This document shows positions 9,903 to 19,394 of a DNA stretch of 64,000 nt, piece after piece. How positions within the stretch are numbered: the stretch's first letter is position 1; every line of letters starts with the position of its first letter. The notes under the pieces were generated by a model. The model was given only the letters and a program-made list of their open reading frames with translations. It was not told the origin of the DNA and ran no database searches. The translations under genes and the position numbers were made by a program. Origin of the DNA: a virus; IMG/VR virus record IMGVR_UViG_3300049489_000444, positions 1 to 64,000 of that record; one strand, written 5' to 3'.

Positions 9903-10251
9903 GCTTCTCTCGACGTAGCTTCCAGGCTTCCCGCAGCTTGGCTTTGTGTTCTTCCGAGAGCATCCGTCCACGTTGAGCGTCTGCGATCTTCTTGTTCCAC
10001 TCCGGCGGATGCGGACCAAGATTCGCTGGGGTTCGCTGTTTGGCGGCCTCTGCCATCTTCGCTTTTGATTCCTCTGAATGTCGGCGTCGCTTCCCATGCT
10101 TAGCGAGCTTCTTTCTTGTCTCGTCCGAAACGGTGTGCTGTCTGAAACGCTCGCGTTGGGCGGCACGCATTCTGGCTCTTGTTTCCTCAGAGATTCCTGT
10201 CGCCTGTTTAGGTCTGGATGATTCGTTATCTGTTCTGCAGTTCACGGGCAA
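9862..10251 (-). CDS. NUMOD3-repeat protein (homing-endonuclease DNA-binding module with no nuclease domain)
   Basis: Five units: SEETRARM, SDETRKKL, HSEESKAKM, HPPEWNKKI, SEEHKAKL. Confidence 0.7.
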   Translation of the reverse strand: MPVNCRTDNESSRPKQATGISEETRARMRAAQRERFRQHTVSDETRKKLAKHGKRRRHSEESKAKMAEAAKQRTPANLGPHPPEWNKKIADAQRGRMLSEEHKAKLREAWKLRREKLRASKTCSSAREA

Positions 10252-10271
10252 CTCCCGAGGAGAGGTCTTAC

Positions 10272-11027
10272 ATGGCTACATACACGTTCCAAGCTGCACA
10301 AAGCTCACTGGGGTATCTGCTGGATTCGATGGATGCTGGTAAGATCACCTCCGTTGATCTCATCAAGACCGCCGGTTCACCTGTCGTGGCCAAGCTCGTC
10401 AAGAAGGCCACATACGACGCGGCCGATATTGCTAATTCGTCTGTGACCTCGCTGGTACCGCAGCTTCAGTTGCAGCACGGACCGATGAATCCGGCCACCA
10501 ACGGTTTGTACAAGATGACCAAGATCCTCGACAATGCCGCTGCCGTTCCTGATGCGACCGTGCACGAGTTCCTGCAGGTCACACAGGGTGCTGGCGGGGT
10601 GCTCTATACGGCCGTTGCAAGCGGCACCAATAGCCCGGCTATCACGATCACGTACACTGACCCTGGTGTTCTGCAGGTAGGAAATATCGTGACCGTCGTG
10701 GGTACGGCGATCTCGGTCTCGCTCAGCAACGACGCAACACCTGTCATCGACGCAACGGCGGCAACGGTTGCCGCCTCCGTCATGGCGCATCCTGCGGCGG
10801 CCGCACTGGTCACCGCGGTGGCCAACGGCACCACGTCCACGCTGGCTGCAGCGTTCGGGACCGCTCCCCTCACGGGCGCGGCCGCTCAGCCTGCTGGTGC
10901 TCCACTGTTTCAAACCTACGGGATCTACCGTAAGCGCAACCACTCCAAGAACGCACTCGTGGCGCCGACGGTCACCCAACGTGCGGTGCTGATCTCCAAG
11001 GCACACGCTGACTTCCTGGGTCTCTGA
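10272..11027 (+). CDS. Putative virion protein carrying a sheath-insertion-like domain
   Basis: GAGG RBS before ATG 10272. Ala/Thr/Val-rich. GVLYTAVASG...DPG...ISVSLSND...TAATVAASV resembles a segment of the sheath. Confidence 0.6.
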   Translation: MATYTFQAAQSSLGYLLDSMDAGKITSVDLIKTAGSPVVAKLVKKATYDAADIANSSVTSLVPQLQLQHGPMNPATNGLYKMTKILDNAAAVPDATVHEFLQVTQGAGGVLYTAVASGTNSPAITITYTDPGVLQVGNIVTVVGTAISVSLSNDATPVIDATAATVAASVMAHPAAAALVTAVANGTTSTLAAAFGTAPLTGAAAQPAGAPLFQTYGIYRKRNHSKNALVAPTVTQRAVLISKAHADFLGL

Positions 11028-11044
11028 CCAGATAGGAGTCGGCT

Positions 11045-11959
11045 ATGTCCGACATCAGTGAGTTTCTATCGCAGTACGTCAAGACTGCTCTGTGGTCGTC
11101 TACCGACGACAACGGTAGCCCTCTCGACGATGTCTTCGACGAGGACTCCATCGATCCAGCGACCAAGCAGGAGATGCTTCGTGACTGTGATCGGTTCATG
11201 CGCCTGAACAAGAAACTACTGGACGAGTCAGGCCTGGACATCGACCAGCAAGCGCATAACTTCTGGCTCGACCGAAACGGACACGGAACAGGGTTCTGGG
11301 ACGTTGATGACTACAAGAACCCAGAAGCTGTCCGTGTCGGGAAGGCCCTCTCGCAGGCCTGCAAGAAGTTCGGTTCTTACGACCTCTATGTTGGGGATGA
11401 TGGATACATCCACGGCTCTGGTGGGAACGTAACCAAACAGTCAGATCGATACAGCGAAGCGGAATATCTGGAGGCGCTCGCTAACCATATCAGTAAACTG
11501 AATCTGACGACGGCCCAGCCGGCTAATCCACGTCAGATTATCGTGGAAATCCAGAAGGCCCTCGAGTCTCTCGGTAATGCACCGTACCGCGAGACCATGG
11601 ACTACTATCTTGGCCGTGAGATGCAGCAGATTGACGAGTACCTGCCTGTTCTGAAGCGAACACTCACCAAGATCAATCCTGGCGCCCCGCTGCAACAAAA
11701 ACCATCACAACAACCCAAACCGCAAGACTGGATGGCTAGCCGCCAAGTGAAGGCGGCTCCGCCATCTCCGATGCCTCCGAATGACGCCGATAAGCGGACA
11801 ACCCTGAAGGTGCTGCAGAAGATCAAGCAGGACCTTATGAGGCTCGGCGAATCAGATTTGCTGGATAAGCTGAAGTCGTCCGTCGGTACTGACTTCAAGA
11901 AGCTTGTCGAACTAAGTCAGATGATCGGAACGGCAATCCAACGACTACAGACGCGGTGA
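11045..11959 (+). CDS. Phage hypothetical protein (N-terminal FWLDRNGHGTGFWD domain) with the linker motif
   Basis: AGGAG RBS; conserved-looking YVKTALWSS...HNFWLDRNGHGTGFWD; EYLEALANHISKLNLTTA and QVKAA junctions. Confidence 0.65.
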   Translation: MSDISEFLSQYVKTALWSSTDDNGSPLDDVFDEDSIDPATKQEMLRDCDRFMRLNKKLLDESGLDIDQQAHNFWLDRNGHGTGFWDVDDYKNPEAVRVGKALSQACKKFGSYDLYVGDDGYIHGSGGNVTKQSDRYSEAEYLEALANHISKLNLTTAQPANPRQIIVEIQKALESLGNAPYRETMDYYLGREMQQIDEYLPVLKRTLTKINPGAPLQQKPSQQPKPQDWMASRQVKAAPPSPMPPNDADKRTTLKVLQKIKQDLMRLGESDLLDKLKSSVGTDFKKLVELSQMIGTAIQRLQTR

Positions 11960-11963
11960 CCTT

Positions 11964-12557
11964 ATGGGACTGAAGCTTCCGTCAGTGCTGCAGAAACTCG
12001 GACGGCAAATCTCAACATTGGCTACTCCGGTGTTGAGTTTTCCCGCAAGGATCCAGCAAACCGTCTCTTATCGTGATGGTTTTCCGGTAACCACATACAA
12101 ATCGATTGCCGACATCACAGCGGCAACAGCAAAGCTCCAATGGACCAGCGACCCGTGGCACGGAAAGCTGGATATCATTAAACATCCAACCTTCATGGAA
12201 GAGGCCATACATAGGCACCCGAACTACGCAGGTGACTGCGACGACTACGCAGCCTACTGGTGTGTTGCGCTCGAGAAGGCCAAGCTAGCTGACGAGCAAT
12301 GGTTTGCGACTGGTTTCTGGCTGGCTGATGGTAAGATCGCCGGGCATGCTGTCTGTGTGTTTCGTTGCGGTGATCGATGGTATTACGCCGGAAATTGGAA
12401 CAACTCGGTACCGATCGAGATCGATAGCCGTACCGCATGGGTTGATGATATGGGGAAGCGGGCGTCGTCGAAAGTCTTCGCGGCTTCTATGTGGGTAGCC
12501 AGCCGTGCGTCAGACGACGCGCTCCTGCTGAGTAGGCCGACAATCGTCAGGGTTTGA
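11964..12557 (+). CDS. Transglutaminase-like cysteine peptidase
   Basis: GDCDDYA catalytic Cys motif, GHAVCVF His, WYYAGN. Confidence 0.7.
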   Translation: MGLKLPSVLQKLGRQISTLATPVLSFPARIQQTVSYRDGFPVTTYKSIADITAATAKLQWTSDPWHGKLDIIKHPTFMEEAIHRHPNYAGDCDDYAAYWCVALEKAKLADEQWFATGFWLADGKIAGHAVCVFRCGDRWYYAGNWNNSVPIEIDSRTAWVDDMGKRASSKVFAASMWVASRASDDALLLSRPTIVRV

Positions 12558-12755
12558 CTATCGGTTACGCCGCTGTTTCGATGCCATACGCGGTTGTCGT
12601 GTGTACTGCGCGATCAAATCTTTGTTGCTCCGCTGTACCTCGACATCCATGGCAGACAGTTCGCGCTCAAAGACCTCTGAGATGGCGCGGAACTCTAGGA
12701 ACCTTTCGTAGATTGCATCCTCTTCCTTTTCCTCCAAAGATCTCGGTTTCTTCAC
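12558..12755 (-). CDS. Small coiled-coil hypothetical protein
   Basis: 65-aa ORF overlapping the upstream NYN stop by 4 bp. Confidence 0.5.
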   Translation of the reverse strand: MKKPRSLEEKEEDAIYERFLEFRAISEVFERELSAMDVEVQRSNKDLIAQYTRQPRMASKQRRNR

Positions 12756-13558
12756 GGATTCGCCCTTTTGATGGCCAGACTCCCGTCTGGGGCTTTGTAC
12801 TGGATGAGCGTACCCGCCTTAAATAGGTCCTTAAGAGCATCTGAACGCATCTCAGCGGTATCGGGGATGCGGTCTGACTTCCAGTGGGTTACGAAGTAAT
12901 GTAGCCCGACGTAACCGTCTCGGAACTTCTGCTCGGCCATACCGATCTCTTCTAGTACGTCCTCTGGGGTGTACCGCGGTTTCCGTTTCTGGTCCTGCGG
13001 TGGTGCCTGGGTCATGAATTCACCCAGGTGCTCATCAAGCAGCAATACGCTGTCGACCGTATCCGCAATTGCCGCGCTCAACGTCTCGGGCTTCCAGACC
13101 ACCACCCACACTTCGCGTTTGGCCGCCTGTAGCGCCAAAAACAATGGAAGCTGGTCTGTATCGCTGGTGACCAGTACAAACACATTGGTCGGTGTGGTGT
13201 GGAGCAGCCTCATTGCATCGACCGCCATAGCGGCGTCGACTTGCTTCTCCATGATCTCATCGTCGGTAGCCCCGCAGGCACGACAACGAGTCGTACGAAG
13301 TTTCAACGGAAATGTTTTGACCTGAATGCCTGCGTTTCTGATCTGGTCTACTGCTGTATCTATGCGGGCACTTGACTCTACAGGGAGTCGTTCATTCTGG
13401 TCGACACCCATGTAGTAGGTGAGTTCGATGTTGTCGGCTTTGGTTTGTTTCCTGATCAATTCACGGAATGACTCGTAGGAGACGCTTTGCTCACGTGCCC
13501 ATCGTTTGCATCCTGCATAGAAGTTTCGACCTTCGATCAACACAGCAACATTTCGCAT
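12752..13558 (-). CDS. NYN/LabA (PIN-fold) nuclease-like protein with a CxxC insertion
   Basis: VLIEGRNFY, EKQVDAAMAVD and LVTSDTD acidic motifs; CRAC. Confidence 0.8.
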   Translation of the reverse strand: MRNVAVLIEGRNFYAGCKRWAREQSVSYESFRELIRKQTKADNIELTYYMGVDQNERLPVESSARIDTAVDQIRNAGIQVKTFPLKLRTTRCRACGATDDEIMEKQVDAAMAVDAMRLLHTTPTNVFVLVTSDTDQLPLFLALQAAKREVWVVVWKPETLSAAIADTVDSVLLLDEHLGEFMTQAPPQDQKRKPRYTPEDVLEEIGMAEQKFRDGYVGLHYFVTHWKSDRIPDTAEMRSDALKDLFKAGTLIQYKAPDGSLAIKRANP

Positions 13559-13560
13559 TC

Positions 13561-14325
13561 TTATCTCACAAGCTCTTCAAGCATTTGAGCGGCAAGTCTG
13601 TATACTTCCGGGTATCGAAAGTAAGCAGAGTGGTAGTCAGCTATTGGGTTTGAGAACGGCATTGGTAGGTGCGGCTGATTTGGGACTTTGAACACTACAT
13701 GGTTTGCTCCAGGGTACGTCGATGAACCAACAACCAGATCGTGACAGACTGGGTCCAAAGGGTTGAACACGTCAACCCATGACTTCAGCGCTGTTGGTTT
13801 ACGCGGGCAGAACGCACGAACCCACTCTGAACCGTCCGCTCCGTAACTCAGGTAGCGACGGAATACTGGATTGTCGTTACCAAGCGGACCACCAACACTG
13901 AGAAGACTTGTCGGGACTGGATAGGTCGTCTGTGGTTGGTTGTCCGTGGGCTGTCCCTGTAGGCCGTGAAGGGCAGCTACCGCAAGTGGTTGCCCCATCG
14001 AGTGAGCCAGCACGAGTAGGCCGCGCTTCTCCTGCTGGGATGCGCCCAAGGTATCCCAAGCAGACCTGATGACTTTTTGGATATCCTGCACGGCCTGTTC
14101 TCGTCGGACTCTGTGCCTAAACAGGTCCTCGAGATCGTGCACGAAGTTTCCAAGAGAGCGCCATTTAGCGCACCACACGTTGAGCGACCCGTCGTGGTTG
14201 TAGAATTGGTCAATCAGGCTGAACCTAGACAGGCGGTCCTCTACCCAATCCTGCATGCCGACGAGGGCCTTCTCGTCTTGGTTTATTCCATGTATGAACA
14301 CGATCCCTTGCGTTGATGTTGTCAT
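13561..14325 (-). CDS. Alpha/beta hydrolase
   Basis: IVFIHGI oxyanion region, AHSMG nucleophile elbow, NPLDPV Asp, YHSAY His. Confidence 0.8.
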   Translation of the reverse strand: MTTSTQGIVFIHGINQDEKALVGMQDWVEDRLSRFSLIDQFYNHDGSLNVWCAKWRSLGNFVHDLEDLFRHRVRREQAVQDIQKVIRSAWDTLGASQQEKRGLLVLAHSMGQPLAVAALHGLQGQPTDNQPQTTYPVPTSLLSVGGPLGNDNPVFRRYLSYGADGSEWVRAFCPRKPTALKSWVDVFNPLDPVCHDLVVGSSTYPGANHVVFKVPNQPHLPMPFSNPIADYHSAYFRYPEVYRLAAQMLEELVR

Positions 14326-14338
14326 GAACTGGTCCCTG

Positions 14339-14578
14339 TCAGAGAGTCTCACGGCGTGGCTTTGTCTCTTTTGGGTCGACCACGCGACGCAGTGCCAATG
14401 CCTCTTTCCGTATAAAGATCGAAAGCTGCGTCAAGGCGTCCTGAACCTGGGCCTGTGCTTCCGCGGTGAGAGAGTTACTTGCAGCAAATTCGATGAGTGT
14501 CTTCATGGAGTCAGCCGTCTTGTTGACGTTGTCGACTGACTTCCATACGACCGGTTCTCCGTGCGCGTCATACTCCAT
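14339..14578 (-). CDS. Hypothetical protein
   Basis: 79-aa ORF with GAGG RBS. Confidence 0.5.
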   Translation of the reverse strand: MEYDAHGEPVVWKSVDNVNKTADSMKTLIEFAASNSLTAEAQAQVQDALTQLSIFIRKEALALRRVVDPKETKPRRETL

Positions 14579-14605
14579 CGTGTTTTCCTCTAAATGTTGT
14601 TGTCT

Positions 14606-14926
14606 CTATCCATTTACGTCATCGGGCTCGTCCAGTAAGCTCCACGCCTGGATGAACGCGACCTCCTTCCACTTAGGATCGCATACAGTGTCATCGGCCG
14701 ACCAATGAAATACGCTGGCTTGCTCGATGATCCAACCGTCTCGCCCGAAATCGTAACTGATACGGATATCGTCGGAACTCCGTACATCCATCAAACCAAC
14801 GCACACGTACTTCTGGTTTGTTGGTGTTCTTGGATACCAGACGTCCACGTGCACGGTGTCTTTAGTTACGATGATCTCTTTAACGACATCATCGCGGGTG
14901 CGGGCGCTCATTCGTGTGTACCCCAA
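14606..14926 (-). CDS. Hypothetical protein
   Basis: 106-aa ORF co-oriented with neighbours. Confidence 0.5.
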   Translation of the reverse strand: MGYTRMSARTRDDVVKEIIVTKDTVHVDVWYPRTPTNQKYVCVGLMDVRSSDDIRISYDFGRDGWIIEQASVFHWSADDTVCDPKWKEVAFIQAWSLLDEPDDVNG

Positions 14927-15177
14927 TGGTGCTGGCCGTGCTCAGCGCAGTCAGTGACATACGCGCACACGCAGCCACCGCTCACGGTAGCTTTCATGCA
15001 GCAAGAACCCATGAACGCGTACAACTGTGGAGGTGGGGCGCTTGGAGGTTTTCCGCGGCACTCATGGCAGGCTTCTTTGTTCGCGTTCGAGGACAAAAAC
15101 AGACTCATGGGATCGTTGGCTTTACCGTAATGTCTCTTGTCCCCGCAGGCAAACGTGATAACGACTGGTTGTAACAT
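14908..15177 (-). CDS. Small Cys/His-rich (metal-binding) protein
   Basis: GGAGG RBS; CHEC, CC, CVC, CAEH. Confidence 0.5.
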   Translation of the reverse strand: MLQPVVITFACGDKRHYGKANDPMSLFLSSNANKEACHECRGKPPSAPPPQLYAFMGSCCMKATVSGGCVCAYVTDCAEHGQHHWGTHE

Positions 15178-15310
15178 GAGACCTCCCGTTATGGGTTACG
15201 CGATTCAGAATGGAATTAAGTCCCGGTTTGGCGTGTTAGGACGACCGGGGCGCCCGTATTCGATGCTACACCAGACAGATCACGCCTGACTGTGGATGGT
15301 GGTGTTACGA

Positions 15311-16873
15311 CTACGGCGACGCCGCGGTTGATGCTGCCTTGGCGTCTGCCGCAGCCTTGGCGGCCGCCGAGTCCCACGTCTCAGGAACTGGCGTGTTAGG
15401 CAGCATAAACACCACGTCGGTTCCCCTCACAAGCTTCCTGTTGACGGAGGTGGACTGCGTGTAGATCTCGTACTGGGAGTGATTCCCTGGGATCACCACG
15501 ACGTCCTTGGGATCGTTGGGATCGATCCCAATCAGGCGCCTCGCGTCTGGACCAGCGTAGAACTCCTTGCTGTTCTTCACGCGAATCATGATTCCCTTGT
15601 ATGGTTGTACGGTTTCCTTCTTGGTCAAACAGTACCAGATCGACCCGATAACGTACGGGCGCTTGGTCTTTTCTTCCGCAAAATCCTTGATCACGGATTC
15701 CTTGTCGACCTTCCATGTCTTGACCTGGGAGGAGACATCGACCAGCTTTGACTTGAGGTCCTCAAGTTTGACGGCCGACAGGTCGGTCGTGTAGATCGAC
15801 TTGCTGGAACGGACGCCGATCGACCGCGAGCGCAGGAACGAGCCCATGGCGTTACTGGTTGTCGCGCTTGCGTCCAAGATACCACGATCGTTGGTCGCCC
15901 ATCCCTGTACGTTACCGGCCGGGACCGAGAATGTACGGATGAATCTCTCCTCAGTTCCCTTCGGGACCTGTACTGCGAAAGTCCAGCGGTCTGTGGCCTG
16001 AACCTCAGCGATGAGTTTGTTTACTTGTTCGGGCGTGAATGGCGCGCGGCTCTGGTTCTCCTCTCCGTCCGTGATGGCGTGAATGAAGAAACTGACATCG
16101 GCATCCTGATATTCTGGCCGCGCCTGCATGGTCCTGATTGCCCGACCGATACACTCGAACAACGGCGTCCCGCCCTTTGGTGTGTAGGAACTGACGTCGA
16201 TAGTTTTGACATCGTCGATTGGCGTCAGCCCGAACATCTCCTCGATATCGTTTGGCCCAGTGCCGAACTTCATCAGCATCAACTCAGCGATCTGGTTGTT
16301 GTCCTTGGCTGCAGTACGGATCGAGCGGATCACCGTGTTAACAGCAGCAACCGTGGTCTCACGGCGGATACTCGACATGGAACCGCTGCTGTCAAGACAC
16401 AGACAGAACAACGTCTTGCGTTGCTTGGCTGCGGGCTCCACGGGAGACCCATCAGGGGCTAGCGTAGGCATCACGGTAACAGCGCCCTGACCGTTGATGG
16501 CCATAGGGTTGTCGTGCGGAGCCGACGGCGGAACACGAGCAACCAGTCCCGGTACGTCAGGCTTTTTGTTGAGGCTCGCCGTCTCATGGCTCAGCTTCAA
16601 TCCGAACTGAGTTCCGCGCTTGGTAAACTCCCACGTCGTCTGCAGGAACGCGGTCATGATCTGAGGATGCCGGCTCAGGAGTTCATTAAACTCCTTTGGC
16701 ATCATCGGAAACTTCGTCCCGTCCTTACTGATCAGGATGGTCCGTGTGCGGTTTGGGGCTTTCTTTGAAGGCGCATCGACTGCGAAGAACTTCAATGAGA
16801 GATCGAATTTCTTGTTGTCGATCTGTGTGGTTGTTCCGTCGTGGTTGGGGAATGGGATTTTTCCTGCGTACAT
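15311..16873 (-). CDS. von Willebrand A domain protein
   Basis: MIDAS LDSSGSM, GGTPLFECI, AITDGEEN; C-terminal QSTSVNRKL domain. Confidence 0.85.
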   Translation of the reverse strand: MYAGKIPFPNHDGTTTQIDNKKFDLSLKFFAVDAPSKKAPNRTRTILISKDGTKFPMMPKEFNELLSRHPQIMTAFLQTTWEFTKRGTQFGLKLSHETASLNKKPDVPGLVARVPPSAPHDNPMAINGQGAVTVMPTLAPDGSPVEPAAKQRKTLFCLCLDSSGSMSSIRRETTVAAVNTVIRSIRTAAKDNNQIAELMLMKFGTGPNDIEEMFGLTPIDDVKTIDVSSYTPKGGTPLFECIGRAIRTMQARPEYQDADVSFFIHAITDGEENQSRAPFTPEQVNKLIAEVQATDRWTFAVQVPKGTEERFIRTFSVPAGNVQGWATNDRGILDASATTSNAMGSFLRSRSIGVRSSKSIYTTDLSAVKLEDLKSKLVDVSSQVKTWKVDKESVIKDFAEEKTKRPYVIGSIWYCLTKKETVQPYKGIMIRVKNSKEFYAGPDARRLIGIDPNDPKDVVVIPGNHSQYEIYTQSTSVNRKLVRGTDVVFMLPNTPVPETWDSAAAKAAADAKAASTAASP

Positions 16874-16878
16874 GTGGG

Positions 16879-16948
16879 CTCCGTGTCTCGTAGTGCGGTT
16901 AGCCTTGGTGTACGGCTAACGCGCGTGTCTCTACTGAGATACCGGGAG
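16879..16948 (-). promoter_or_regulatory. Long stem-loop in the vWA gene leader that sequesters the GGAG RBS
   Basis: Nested inverted repeats GTTAGCC/GGCTAAC, GTAG/CTAC, GTGTCTC/GAGATAC, CTCC/GGAG. Confidence 0.5.
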
Positions 16949-17028
16949 TTTTACGCCAACGCAACGGATCTGATGTTCTGGAGTGATGAACCGCACCGTA
17001 ATACGTGGCGGTATCTTGTCTGGCAGGC

Positions 17029-17643
17029 TCAGACCCGCCAGACAGGGACACTATTAGAGCCATGCACCACAGTGGGATCGTGTCCAAACACCTGTTTGAC
17101 CAACAATGCGACGATCTGTGCCGGGATACCGCGCGGATACTTGTCTGTTTTCCACTTACGCGGCTCTGCCGGATAATTAAATACCGCGATACCTCCAGGC
17201 TTGACGGCTCCGTTGATGAGCCGCAACGTCTGGAGCAACATCTCTTTGGATGAACTGACGTTGAGCACATTGCTGGCGAAAACGATATCGTACTGCCGTG
17301 AGAGGGCATCGATATCGTGAACATTAGGGTCCATGAACTTTGGGAAATCATAAGCCGTTACATCAAGACCGTGATCGCGTAGCAGTTTTGTCTGGGTGAT
17401 TCTCAGTCCAGCCCCGAAATCAAGAATCTTATCCTCAGGTCCGGCTAAGCCCATCACGATGCGCGGAACAACGGCAGCCGCGTCCACCATTCCGCCTCGC
17501 TTGCTGGTATCAAACGCGACTTTCTCGGCATCACCGACCGGAAGGTCATTACCGAGATCGTCGAGGCTGTATTGAGGTTTCCCGGCAGCTTCTAGGAGAT
17601 TGGCGGCCTTTAGGAGGATGCTGGCGATTTGATTGTCGTTCAT
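17029..17643 (-). CDS. Class I SAM-dependent methyltransferase with the N-terminal helix motif
   Basis: ILDFGAG motif I, YDIVFASNVLNV. AAGGA RBS before ATG 17643. N-terminus IASILLKAANLLEAAG. Confidence 0.8.
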   Translation of the reverse strand: MNDNQIASILLKAANLLEAAGKPQYSLDDLGNDLPVGDAEKVAFDTSKRGGMVDAAAVVPRIVMGLAGPEDKILDFGAGLRITQTKLLRDHGLDVTAYDFPKFMDPNVHDIDALSRQYDIVFASNVLNVSSSKEMLLQTLRLINGAVKPGGIAVFNYPAEPRKWKTDKYPRGIPAQIVALLVKQVFGHDPTVVHGSNSVPVWRV

Positions 17644-17695
17644 CTGGTATCCCGTCCTTAACCATAGATAGGAGAAAGGATACCAGCAACAGCAT

Positions 17696-18484
17696 TCAGT
17701 GTTGGATTTTGCTGTATGGTTCGGCGGCAGCCACAACCTCATCGGTTGTCGTCCCGTTTTGGGGTTCCACGGCAGCCGTCTCTATGGCCTTGGCGCGCTG
17801 ACGGTCACGCTCTTTCACCAGACGTTCCCGTGCGCGCTGGACGGCCTTCTCGTCGATGTCGGAACCCCAGAATATCCTCCCAGTTTTGAGGGCGGCCACT
17901 CCGACGGTGCCTGCCCCCATGAAGGGATCCATCACGATATCTCCGGGCTTGCTTGAGTTTTCAACCAGCATACGGACCAATTCCAGTGGTTTCTGTGTCG
18001 GGTAGTATTGCGGACCCTTTAGACGCTTGATGGTAAAAATATCAGGCAACCCTTTATTGTTGAGGTTGCGCTTGCCCTTTTCGGCAAACAGGATGAACTC
18101 GTACGTGGCACGCCAATGATACCCCATCCCAATGGAAACTTTTCCCCACACAAGAGACTTCCAAAATTTCAAACCGACCCTGTCAAACATCGGGCGCATC
18201 ACGTCACGGGTCGTCTCATCACAGTGGATGTAAAGGTGTGAGTTCTTCTTCATGACACGCTGGAATTCCGTCAGCATGGCCTCCAGCCTGTCGTTGGGGA
18301 ATACATGGAACCAGTCGTTGCTGGAACCCTTGCTGTGTTTGAGGCGCGTGGTTGTGCCGACCTTGCGCCACTTCTCTAGCGACTCATAAGGCGGGTCGGT
18401 CACGATGAGATCAACGCTCTCATCAGGTAGGGTCTGCAGGTACTCTAGTGCGTCTAGTTGGGTGATCTTGTAGGGTTTTGTCAT
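17696..18484 (-). CDS. DNA N6-adenine/N4-cytosine methyltransferase (beta class)
   Basis: DPPY precedes YPTQKP and DPFMGAGT. Confidence 0.92.
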   Translation of the reverse strand: MTKPYKITQLDALEYLQTLPDESVDLIVTDPPYESLEKWRKVGTTTRLKHSKGSSNDWFHVFPNDRLEAMLTEFQRVMKKNSHLYIHCDETTRDVMRPMFDRVGLKFWKSLVWGKVSIGMGYHWRATYEFILFAEKGKRNLNNKGLPDIFTIKRLKGPQYYPTQKPLELVRMLVENSSKPGDIVMDPFMGAGTVGVAALKTGRIFWGSDIDEKAVQRARERLVKERDRQRAKAIETAAVEPQNGTTTDEVVAAAEPYSKIQH

Positions 18485-18578
18485 TTTGTACTCCTGTTGT
18501 CGTTGTGAGTTGTTTTGTCTTGTCCAAATGGAATTGGGTGGGCGGCCTTAATGACCGCCCACCCCGTACTTCTACCGC

Positions 18579-19394
18579 TCAATCCTCATCATCGTCATCA
18601 TCGTCATCATCGTCATCATCGTCATCATCATCATCATCGTCATCGTCGTCATCAAAAGCCGGCTTCTTGGCCGCTGGCTTCTTTGTGGCCTTGGCGGCCG
18701 GCTTTTCGTCTTCCTCATCGTCCTCGTCTTCGTCTTCATCGTCATCATCGACAGCAGGCTTGGACGGCTTCTTGGCGGCCTTAGCGGGCTTTGCGTCCTC
18801 GTCTTCATCTTCATCTTCATCAACAGCAGGCTTGGACGTCTTCTTAGCCGGAGGAGCCTCATCCTCGTCTTCATCGGCCTTAGGCTTCGCCTTGCTGACA
18901 GCCTTGGTCGGCTTCACTTCATCCTCGTCTTCATCATCCTCATCAACAGCAGGCTTGGACGGCTTCTTGGCGGCCTTGGCGGGCTTTGCATCGTCGTCCT
19001 CATCAACAGCAGGCTTAGATGCCTTCGGCTTTTCAGTCTTGGCTGGTGTGTCATCCGCAGCAGCCTTTTTGGTATCAACCGCTACGGCCTCGGGGATGCT
19101 AGCATCATCCTCGACATTGCGCTTCCCAGGCTTCACCCGCCAGAATGTCGTTTGAGTCTGGTCGGTTGGTTCCGGGAAGTTGGGCTCCATCCACTGGATC
19201 AGCTTGACGCTGATCCACTGCGTACGGGTGACCGGCTTTGCCTTGCCGGGACCCTTGTATCGGTATTCCAGCTTGACGAAGGATTCGGCTCCGACGAGTT
19301 GGTCATCGAGCCACTTAGCTCCAATGACCACCGACTCCTTGCTGGAGTAGGAGATACCGAACTTGTACCACTTGCCTGCGAAAGATGACGTCAT
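18579..19394 (-). CDS. Protein with alternating basic/acidic repeats and a poly-Asp tail
   Basis: Repeated KPAKAAKKPSKPAVDEDDEDE units and a terminal run of about 24 acidic residues. Confidence 0.75.
   Translation of the reverse strand: MTSSFAGKWYKFGISYSSKESVVIGAKWLDDQLVGAESFVKLEYRYKGPGKAKPVTRTQWISVKLIQWMEPNFPEPTDQTQTTFWRVKPGKRNVEDDASIPEAVAVDTKKAAADDTPAKTEKPKASKPAVDEDDDAKPAKAAKKPSKPAVDEDDEDEDEVKPTKAVSKAKPKADEDEDEAPPAKKTSKPAVDEDEDEDEDAKPAKAAKKPSKPAVDDDDEDEDEDDEEDEKPAAKATKKPAAKKPAFDDDDDDDDDDDDDDDDDDDDDDED

Noticed and set aside
15178-15310. Intergenic stretch with a CCCGGT/ACCGGG stem; possible tRNA or ncRNA
   Set aside because: No cloverleaf, T-loop or CCA; only one weak hairpin.
18478-19155. 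Poly-Ser, poly-His and poly-Met/Thr ORFs in alternative frames
   Set aside because: Frame artefacts of the GAY acidic repeat on the minus strand.
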